Shown piece by piece: positions 54,505 through 61,620 of a stretch of DNA of 61,620 nucleotides (position 1 is the first letter of the stretch; each line of letters starts with the position of its first letter). The position numbers were made by a program, and so were the translations under genes. The notes under the pieces were generated by a model, which saw only the letters and a program-made list of their open reading frames with translations, was not told the origin of the DNA and did not search any database. The stretch is from Kiritimatiellia bacterium. Lineage in GTDB: Bacteria; Verrucomicrobiota; Kiritimatiellia; SLOV01. The stretch covers positions 1 through 61,620 of the forward strand of contig CAUZEO010000003.1 of NCBI GenBank assembly GCA_963578625.1, written 5' to 3'.

Positions 54505-55422
54505 CTATCGCTTTGTGCCCGACGTCGGGAGGACGCGGGCGGGATCCCAGTATCCGTGTTCGGTGTAGATATGCGAGACATCGGGTCCGTCCAGGGTCGC
54601 GCCCGGGACCTCGGCGCGGTATTCGAAGGGCACTTCACCCGCCGTGTAAGGAGATTTCTTTCGCGCCTCGATACACTGGTGCAGGGCTCGCCTGCGCTTC
54701 GCCTGGTAGCCCGGCGTGCCGTCGAAGGGCTCCAGCGCCTTCAAGGAATAGAACCAGCAATAGAACGTGCGGCGAATCGACTCGGAAGAGGTCCGTGGCG
54801 ATCCGTGGATCAGCCGCGCGTCATGCAGGATGACGTCGCCCGCCTTCATCAGCATAGGCACCGCCTCCGGTACCTCGGACGGTACACAATCCTTTCGTTG
54901 AAACGGCGCGGCCTTTTCGTCGGGCCAAAGGTTGCTGCCCGGGATCGCCCACAGGCAGGTCTCCTCCGGCGCGTCGTCCAGGTAGATGTCGACGTTGTAG
55001 TTCTGCGGCGTCCCGGCCCAGGCGGAGCCGTGGTCCCGATGCCAGGTCACCTGCGCTCCCTCGCCGGGGACCTTCACGACCATGGCGTCGCCGATCGACA
55101 GGAAATCCTTTCCGCTGATCCGCTCCACCATCCGCAGCAGGTCGGGGTGCCCGATCAGCCACTTGCAGGAGTCGCAGCGGCCCGTAATGAAATCGATACG
55201 GGAAAGGACGACGCCCTCCCCCGTCTCCGACGGGGCGTAATAATAGCCGGGTTCGTCACGGAATTCCGCCAGCCCATAGTCGACCAGGGCCATCGTTTCT
55301 TCCTGCAGGCGATTCAACTCTTCGTCCGACACGAAACCCTCGACCTTGAGGTAGCCATTCTGACGGAAAAACTCGACCTGCTCGTCGTCGACGATCGGCG
55401 GAACGGTTCGGCCCCAACTCAT
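54505..55422 (-). CDS. PhyH-family Fe(II)/2-oxoglutarate dioxygenase
   Basis: The ATG at 55422 overlaps the TGA of the FGGY kinase gene (ATGA). Motifs are FFRQNGYLKV, TWHRD (HxD) and ARLIHGSP (distal His). Confidence 0.8.
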   Translation of the reverse strand: MSWGRTVPPIVDDEQVEFFRQNGYLKVEGFVSDEELNRLQEETMALVDYGLAEFRDEPGYYYAPSETGEGVVLSRIDFITGRCDSCKWLIGHPDLLRMVERISGKDFLSIGDAMVVKVPGEGAQVTWHRDHGSAWAGTPQNYNVDIYLDDAPEETCLWAIPGSNLWPDEKAAPFQRKDCVPSEVPEAVPMLMKAGDVILHDARLIHGSPRTSSESIRRTFYCWFYSLKALEPFDGTPGYQAKRRRALHQCIEARKKSPYTAGEVPFEYRAEVPGATLDGPDVSHIYTEHGYWDPARVLPTSGTKR

Positions 55423-56804
55423 AGCGCTGCTTCCCACGTTTTTCGGTACCGGTCAAGTTCAGCGTGCGCGAAGGGCTCGATCTCGCGCAATTGCAGCGGC
55501 CAATCCACTTCAGCCAGGTCCCACGACGCGAGCATTCCCGCGCCGATGGCGGTCCCCTGCGAATCGGGATTGACGAGGCAGCGTTCATGCCCCGTGAGGG
55601 CGGCAACCAGCCGGCAATACCACTCGTTGTTGGCGAACCCGCCGTCAATGATCAACTCGCCGTCCGTCCGCATCAGCCGGCAACTGGCCGCGGTCATGAG
55701 GGCCACGTAGAGCGTGGCGCGCGCCGCCGCCTCGGCCGGCTTGCCCGGCTCCGACCCACGCATTTCCCTTTTCCTTCCCATGAACGGCCCGCCGGGCGTG
55801 AGAGAGGGGAGCACAAAGCTGCCCTGCTCGATCACGTGGAGAAGATCGGCCTCGGTAAACAGAATGCCGGCGCCCTCCCCTTTTGTAAGAAGCTCAAAAT
55901 CCCGCCCGCCCATGTAGCGTGCCGTGGGAAGCGGGTTTCCTTCCACGTCGACGATCGCCATCGTGTCGCGGTTCGGATCGAGTGAATCCAGCGGCATGCG
56001 CGGGCTCATGATGACGACCCACGTGCCCGCGGAGATCAGGCTGAACGGTGTTCGATGACCGCGCAGGTAGAGCGCGAAGTTCGCATTGGAGTCATGCACG
56101 CCGGGATAGACCATGCAATCTGCGGGCAGACCCGTCTCCCGGGCCACCTCGGGCACGACCGGGCCCAGCGGCTCGAAGGCCGGGCGCATCGGCGGAAAGA
56201 GCTCACGCCACCCCTGCGTATCGACTAACTCGGTGAAGTCCCGCCGGCCGGGATGCCAAAGGTGGGTGTGGCAGCCGACGGATGTCAGTTCGCCGGCGGC
56301 AACACCGCTCAGCCGCCAGCCGAAATACTGCGGGTACATCAGGATATTTTTCACCCGACTGAACTCATCGGGAAACGCACACTGTTGCCAGAAGAGTTGC
56401 CGGGCAAGGTTAAGCCCCTGCGGCAGGTCCGGTGTCTGCGTCTGTCTGAAAGGCGGAATCAGCGGCTCGAACGCCCGGTTCACCTCCTCCGGAACCTCCA
56501 CTTCGTAATCCATCACCGGCAACACCAGGTCATTCTCGTCGACCAGGGCTGCCGTGCAGCCGTGCGTGCTGGTGACGATGGCATCGATGCGGTGCGACTT
56601 CACCGACTCGGCAATCGCCTCCAGCAGCCACGACCAGACCCGCCCGGTGTCAAGATGAAGATATGGGAGCCCTTTCAGAGCAGAACTGTCGGTCTTGAGA
56701 ACCCCGAGGACCTCGCCCCGCTTCGACATCACGAGGAGCTTCGAATTGGTTTTCCCGATATCAAGGACCAGCGTGGCGGCGCCGTTTTCTGTGGTTGCGG
56801 TCAT
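55419..56804 (-). CDS. FGGY-family sugar (ketose) kinase
   Basis: LVLDIGKTNSKLLV is the N-terminal ATPase motif. HDSNANF, GTWVVIM and IIDGGFANN are FGGY/actin-fold blocks. Confidence 0.8.
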   Translation of the reverse strand: MTATTENGAATLVLDIGKTNSKLLVMSKRGEVLGVLKTDSSALKGLPYLHLDTGRVWSWLLEAIAESVKSHRIDAIVTSTHGCTAALVDENDLVLPVMDYEVEVPEEVNRAFEPLIPPFRQTQTPDLPQGLNLARQLFWQQCAFPDEFSRVKNILMYPQYFGWRLSGVAAGELTSVGCHTHLWHPGRRDFTELVDTQGWRELFPPMRPAFEPLGPVVPEVARETGLPADCMVYPGVHDSNANFALYLRGHRTPFSLISAGTWVVIMSPRMPLDSLDPNRDTMAIVDVEGNPLPTARYMGGRDFELLTKGEGAGILFTEADLLHVIEQGSFVLPSLTPGGPFMGRKREMRGSEPGKPAEAAARATLYVALMTAASCRLMRTDGELIIDGGFANNEWYCRLVAALTGHERCLVNPDSQGTAIGAGMLASWDLAEVDWPLQLREIEPFAHAELDRYRKTWEAAL

Positions 56805-56955
56805 CTGGAAACAGAACCATTCGTGTAGGTGTAGGAATTGCGTCGCACTGCCGGAGCTTTCTGTAATTCAGCAGGTATAGCTAGAATTTCCGACCTCGTC
56901 CAGACGCACCGCCACCGATTCGAGGACCAGCATATGACCAGTACTCCGCGCAGGC

Positions 56956-57060
56956 GTGAGAGGACTCGGCATGGGTCGAAACCACGCAGTGAGTTACCAC
57001 CGGAACGAAAGCGTCGACCTCATCGCTCTGGCGGAACTAAATGAAAACCGCCTCGCCGTC
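56956..57060 (+). pseudogene. Possible N-terminal remnant of a Gfo/Idh/MocA oxidoreductase
   Basis: RGLGMGRNHAVSYHRNESVDLIALAELNENRLA looks like the first Rossmann beta-alpha-beta of this family. The frame then degenerates into low-complexity sequence. Confidence 0.3.
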
Positions 57061-57139
57061 CACGATGGGGGACCGAACCGCAATGACCGGGGAGTGACTG
57101 GCCCATTGTACCGCCTGCCCGGTTCCGGAAATTGCAAAC

Positions 57140-57892
57140 GTGTTCTCCCGCTGCGGCATCGACTTTCACCAGATCACCGGGGTGTTGGAGGACGGAGATC
57201 CTTGCTGGAAGGAAATTGATGCGTGGGTGGATGCCGCGCGGACATCGGTGGCGTTGGACCGGATGGTTGAAAAACACGGTCTCAATTCACTGGCCTATTT
57301 CTACGCCGGGACGGGAAACCCGGCCAACGAGGAAACCATGTGTTCCATCATTCTCGGGAACTCCCTGCTTACGGCGCGCGGGGTGCCGGTGGCCGGCGAG
57401 TACGAGGTGAAGAACGCGCTCGCCATGAAGATCATGGACAGCTTCGGCGGCGGCGGTTCGTTTACCGAGTTCTACCTGATGGATTTCAAGGATGACGTGG
57501 TGCTGATGGGCCACGACGGGCCGGGACACATCGCGATCGCGGAGGGGCGGACACGGGTGAAGCCGCTGGAAGTCTACCACGGCAAGGTCGGCAAGGGATT
57601 GTCCGTGGAAATGTCCGTGCGAAACGGACCGGTGACGCTGCTGTCGGTGGTTCAGGCGGGGGACGCCAGGGTGCAGTTCCTGGTGGCCGAGGGCGAATCG
57701 GTGCCGGGTCCGATCATGGAAATCGGCAACACCAACAGCCGGTACAGATTCCCGCTCGGCGTTCGCGAGTTTGTCGGCGCCTGGAGCAGCCACGGCCCCG
57801 CCCATCATTGCGCGGTGGGCGTCGGGCATGTTGCGGACCGGATTCGCAAGCTGGGGGCCTTACTGGAGGTTGAGACGATCCGGATTTGCTAG
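57140..57892 (+). pseudogene. L-arabinose/L-fucose isomerase family, C-terminal part only
   Basis: GVPVAGEYEVKNALAMKIM, SFTEFYLMDF, VLMGHDGPGH, GNTNSRYRF and GPAHHCAVGVGH are C-terminal-domain blocks. Only ~335 nt separate it from the divergent kinase gene, so the ~200-aa N-terminal domain cannot be encoded here. Confidence 0.6.
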
Positions 57893-57920
57893 CAATCGAA
57901 GTACAGACTGAATTATCGAT

Positions 57921-58688
57921 ATGATCAAGTCTCCCCTCACCGGCGAGCAGCTAAGGCACTACTTCCTGAACGGATACCTCGTTGTGCCCGGCTTGGCGCG
58001 GGATGCCGTCATCGATGACGTGCTCGCGCATGCGGGCGTTACCGATGAGGACCTGGCTGCGGGTACCTGGCATCCCATCATTTTTGACTTTGCCAACCCC
58101 ACGCAGCATGCACATGTCCATCAACTTCTGATTGAGCCATCGATCCTTTCGGCCATCGAACAGATTTTTGAAGTCCCTGCCCGCGTCTACTTCGGCATGC
58201 TGGCGGTGGTCCCGGCCGGAGGCGGCACCGGACTCCCCTGGCATCAGGATAACCAGTACGACCAGGTGATCGGCGCGGCCTTGAACGTATTTGTGGCCCT
58301 CTGCGACATCACACCCGACAAGGCGATCCTGTGGGTCGCACCCGGAAGCCATCTTCTCGGGACGCAGCCGTCGAAAGAGTCCGAGACGGTTCCCGGTCAC
58401 CGTGAGGCCGTGGTCGAACCGGACAACGGCATCCCTCTCCCGGCCATGAAGGAGGGAGACGTCTGCATTTTCGACCGAAGCACCTACCTCCGGTCATTTA
58501 CGAACGAAACAAACGAGCATCGCTATGCCTACGCGGCCCAGTACCAGGCCGACTACGCCCGCCTGGCTAAGACAGGAGAAAAGGACCCGAGGAAATTACG
58601 TGCAGCCGAACCCGTGACCCGGCGTGGCTACCAGCGCCGGCTGTGGATCGTTGCGGTGTACACCATCCGGCAAACACAGCCAGCATAG
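57921..58688 (+). CDS. PhyH-family protein with substituted distal metal ligand
   Basis: LRHYFLNGYLVV, WHQDNQY (HxD) and WVAPGSH are present. The position aligned with the distal His of the four paralogs reads STYLRS, so Leu replaces His. The last ~31 codons overlap a convergent ORF. Confidence 0.7.
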   Translation: MIKSPLTGEQLRHYFLNGYLVVPGLARDAVIDDVLAHAGVTDEDLAAGTWHPIIFDFANPTQHAHVHQLLIEPSILSAIEQIFEVPARVYFGMLAVVPAGGGTGLPWHQDNQYDQVIGAALNVFVALCDITPDKAILWVAPGSHLLGTQPSKESETVPGHREAVVEPDNGIPLPAMKEGDVCIFDRSTYLRSFTNETNEHRYAYAAQYQADYARLAKTGEKDPRKLRAAEPVTRRGYQRRLWIVAVYTIRQTQPA

Positions 58689-58967
58689 CGCCTTCAGTTT
58701 CGGCGCGGTGGTCAGCGTGAACCTCGTGCGCGTGTATCCGTCCATGCGCCTCGACTCCAGAACCTGGCGTCGAAGGGCCACCCGTGGCGGCGGCGGGCCC
58801 AGAATCTCCAGAAACCGGGCCCGCGCCTTTCGCTGCCAAGCGCGCGCGGCCCGCAGGGTCTGGGACTCGAAGGCCAGGCGCGGGCGGCGGCGTGTCCAGG
58901 CGTCGAGGCTTTCCCGTATGGCCAAGCCGGGATCAAGCGGTTCGAGGTATTGTGTCATTTGCTGCAA
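58596..58967 (-). pseudogene. N-terminal fragment of an alpha/beta-hydrolase (esterase-like) gene
   Basis: WQRKARARFLEILGPPP...ESRRMDGYTRTRFTLTTAPKLKALCWLCLPDG...PALVATPGHG resembles the leader of acetyl-xylan-esterase/dienelactone-hydrolase-like proteins. It stops right after GHG, before any nucleophile elbow. Confidence 0.4.
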
Positions 58968-59117
58968 AAATTATTTTACGTGCGGTAGTTCGTGAAGTCA
59001 TGGTACGGTTGCGAACGTCTAAGTGGGATCATCAGCTTTGACGACCAAAAGAGTGAACAGAATTCCGCGAATATCGCCTGTCAATACAGGGCGTATGCAG
59101 ACCCGCGCGTTGATTCA

Positions 59118-59519
59118 ATGAAAATTCCCGTTTCGGTCCACGAAAACGAGGCTGCCACGGTCGCAGAGTCATCCGACGAAATCGACGCGTTGATCGAAAG
59201 CGCTGCCGACGAAGCGTCCAGCCTGGATCGCCTGAATATTATCTCCTTCACCGCACCGAACGGCAACTACGTGAGCCTGGTGGTGGGTTCAGACGAAACC
59301 GTCGTTATTTTCACCTACAGTCACCACAGTCCGCCCTATTACGCTAGCAAAGGATCCAGCGAGGACGAGACTCCGGTGCTGACGGCGTTCGTCGCCTTGA
59401 AGCACAAGACCGAGTTTCCCCGGAAATGGGTCATTCCGCTCGAACAAGGCATCGCGGCGGTCCATGGGTTTACCGAAATCGGTGAGCTTCCGGAGACAAT
59501 CGAGTGGGTTGAGCAGTAG
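59118..59519 (+). CDS. Imm1-like polymorphic-toxin immunity protein (orphan)
   Basis: ATG at 59118, 133 aa, acidic. EIDALIESAA, VSLVVGSDETVVIFTY, PPYYASKGS, TEFPRKWVIPLEQGIAAVHGFTEIGELPETIEWVEQ fit my recollection of the Imm1 pattern, including the conserved C-terminal Trp. G+C is visibly lower than in the surroundings. Confidence 0.55.
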   Translation: MKIPVSVHENEAATVAESSDEIDALIESAADEASSLDRLNIISFTAPNGNYVSLVVGSDETVVIFTYSHHSPPYYASKGSSEDETPVLTAFVALKHKTEFPRKWVIPLEQGIAAVHGFTEIGELPETIEWVEQ

Positions 59520-59548
59520 GACTCAACAGGCGAAGCGCAAAGGATTCC

Positions 59549-60505
59549 GTGTATTCCCTGGGCAAACACCGGGCACTGCAGGGGTTGAAGGAGGTCCAGG
59601 ACATCCGAATCAGGGATCCGTTCATCTACCCGGATGCAAAGGCGGGAACGTACTATCGCTATGCTCAATCAGGCAACCGCCGGCACAGCAACTTTCTGGG
59701 AGTCGAAGCCTACACGAGCAAGGACCTGATCCACTAGCAGGATCCTCAACCGGTTCTGACATTGCCGGAAGATGCCGGCATTCAATCCGTCTGGGCGCCC
59801 GAGGTGCACGAATACGGCGGCAGATTTTATCTCTTCGTAACCCTCACCTTCAAGAGACCGATTACGAATCAGAAGCCCGTTGAATCCGCCGACTGGCCGG
59901 ACTTGCACGAACGCGGGACGTACATCTATTCTGCGGGCACTCCTGCAGGCCCCTTCCATCCGCTCAAGGGCGCATCGCACACGCCACCGGGCTGGATGGC
60001 GCTGGACGGAACGCTGTTCGTCGAGGACGACACGCCCTACATGGTCTTCTGCCACGAATGGGTGCAACAAATCGACGGCACGATTAATGTCGTCCAACTG
60101 AAGGACGACCTTTCCGGCACCATCGGGACGCCCGCCGTTCTGTTCAAGGCTTCCGATGCGCCGGGCGCCTCTTCCGCTCCCGGTGAAGGCAAGATCACAG
60201 ATGGGTGCTTTCTATATCGAAGCGCAAAGAGCGGCAGGCTGTTCATGATCTGGTCTACGTTTATTCCCGGCCGCGACTACTGCGTCGTCCTGTCCAGATC
60301 CCAGTCGGAAAAAATCAACGGGCCATGGGCGGACCACAAATTGATCTACGCGAAAAACGGCGGACACGGCATGATCTTCGAGTCGTTTGGTGGACAGCTG
60401 CTGATGGCACTCCACCAGCCAAACACCGAAGGAGCAGAATGGTTGCGACTGTATCGCGTGACCGACAGCGGTGATATCCTTAGGATTGGAGAGGGACTCG
60501 GTTGA
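59549..60505 (+). pseudogene. GH43-family glycoside hydrolase interrupted by one in-frame TAG
   Basis: Track ORFs 59549..59737 and 59762..60505 are in the same frame. IRIRDPFIYPDAKAGTYY, VWAPEVHEYGGRFYLFVT and ALDGTLFVEDDTPYMVF are GH43 blocks. The TAG at 59735..59737 sits in SKDLIH*QDP, where GH43 proteins have DLxxW (TGG). Confidence 0.7.
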
Positions 60506-60656
60506 CGAGTACGACTACGATTCCGAGACTCTTCCGTCGTCATCCGTACTCGTCGCGCGTACTCGTCAACCGGAGAAACCGCCCCTCCTCAGGACAGAAC
60601 GCCGAATCCCCTTGCAGTAGCGTGTCAAAATGCCTCATATTTCAGCAGATACCGCC

Positions 60657-61620
60657 ATGCCAGCGCTGACTCAAGACCAACTCAATCACTTCGCCACCGA
60701 GGGGTACCTCGTTGCCAAGGCCGTGATGGACCCGGTCAGAACCCTGGACCCGGTCATTGAGGAATACGCTTCCGTCCTGGATCGCCTCGCGGACGAGCTG
60801 TACCGGAGCGGCGAGATCCGCTCGCGCTACGAAGAGCTCAATTTCAGCGACCGCTACATCCAGATCTGCATCGACACCGGCCAGATTCACAGCCAGTTCT
60901 TCGATTTCTCGCTGCCCTTCCAGGGCGTCCATCTCGACACCCCGTTCTGGGCCGGTCCGGCCGTCTTCGGCGCCTTGACCGACCCCGACCTGCTCGACGC
61001 TGTCGAATCGCTCATCGGCCCCAAGATCTATTCCAATCCCGCCCAGCACGTGCGCATCAAACCGCCCGAGCACCACCTGCCCAAAAACGAGTACGGAAAC
61101 CCCATCCTCGGCCCCACGGAGTGGCACCAGGACTACGGCGTGCTCACCGCGGAGGCCGACGACACCAATGTGGTGACGGTCTGGTTTTCCCTCGAGGACA
61201 CGCCCATCGAAAAAGGCCCGCTGATGGTCGTGCCCCGCTCGCACCAAAACGGCTTGTTGCCCCACTGCAATCACTACATGGACAACCGCCCCGAGTTTGC
61301 CGGCGGCTCGCAGATCCCCGAAAAGCTCTTCGCCGACGACCAGGCCATCCCGCTGCCGGTCGAACGCGGCGACGTGGTCTTTCTACACCGGGAGACCGTC
61401 CACGGCTCCTATTCTAACGTAAGCGACGAGGTCCGCTGGAGCCTGGACTTGCGCTACAACCCCACCGATCAGCCTACCGGCCGAAGCGCCTTCCCCGGCT
61501 TCGTCGCCCGCAGCCGCAAAGACCCGGCAAGCGAACTGCGCGACCCCGCCGAATGGCATCGCCTCTGGCTCGACGCCCGCACCCGGATGTCGACCGTCAA
61601 CCGGGAAAGACAGACCGAAG
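60657..61620 (+). CDS. PhyH-family Fe(II)/2-oxoglutarate dioxygenase, 3' end beyond window
   Basis: Absent from the ORF track because it has no stop in the window. My translation is open from ATG 60657 (or 60630) to 61620. Motifs are MPALTQDQLNHFATEGYLVAKAV, TEWHQDYG (HxD), LMVVPRSH, RETVHGSYSN (distal His) and RWSLDLRY. Confidence 0.8.
   Translation, partial: MPALTQDQLNHFATEGYLVAKAVMDPVRTLDPVIEEYASVLDRLADELYRSGEIRSRYEELNFSDRYIQICIDTGQIHSQFFDFSLPFQGVHLDTPFWAGPAVFGALTDPDLLDAVESLIGPKIYSNPAQHVRIKPPEHHLPKNEYGNPILGPTEWHQDYGVLTAEADDTNVVTVWFSLEDTPIEKGPLMVVPRSHQNGLLPHCNHYMDNRPEFAGGSQIPEKLFADDQAIPLPVERGDVVFLHRETVHGSYSNVSDEVRWSLDLRYNPTDQPTGRSAFPGFVARSRKDPASELRDPAEWHRLWLDARTRMSTVNRERQTE

Noticed and set aside
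1-61620. Scan for rRNA, tRNA, CRISPR arrays, IS elements, integrases and phage genes
   Set aside because: I found none by eye. The intergenic regions are short or lack cloverleaf-like or regularly spaced repeat structure. The only repeats are the 21-nt tandem, the 73-nt direct repeat and the hairpin reported above.

Overview
This is a high-G+C, densely coding bacterial window with about 45 genes or gene remnants. I saw no rRNA, tRNA or CRISPR. All family calls come from motif recognition by eye; no searches were run. The content is a glycan-utilisation region with PVC-superphylum hallmarks: prepilin-type H-X9-DG proteins, a PEP-CTERM protein, many PhyH dioxygenases and Cys-type sulfatases. 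Enzymes include a GH38 alpha-mannosidase, a GH36-like alpha-galactosidase, GH95/DUF5703-like and GH43-like proteins, a heparinase II/III-like lyase and two sulfatases without signal peptides. There are also giant secreted LamG plus clan-A-barrel proteins, secreted CBM plus LamG proteins, and an L-fuconate dehydratase cluster. Together these point (inference) to a sulfated fucose/mannose/galactose-containing polysaccharide. The most unusual element occurs twice, at 12358..17099 and 37874..42565. It is an atypical ABC-importer membrane module. A solute-binding domain carrying CxxC...CxxC zinc-ribbon-like inserts is fused in one polypeptide to a MalF-type permease. It is followed by a MalG-type permease with a roughly 400-aa extracytoplasmic insertion, and no ATPase gene is present in the window. 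Five PhyH genes are present, three of them start/stop-coupled to neighbouring genes. Paralogy and gene decay are extensive: a chimeric lyase/prepilin ORF flanked by a 73-nt exact repeat, a lyase mini-gene and a lyase C-terminal fragment, a Uma2 pseudogene, a truncated isomerase, and a GH43 gene with TAG at a conserved Trp. An orphan Imm1-like gene is also present. Two large ORFs run off the window edges and are missing from the ORF track.
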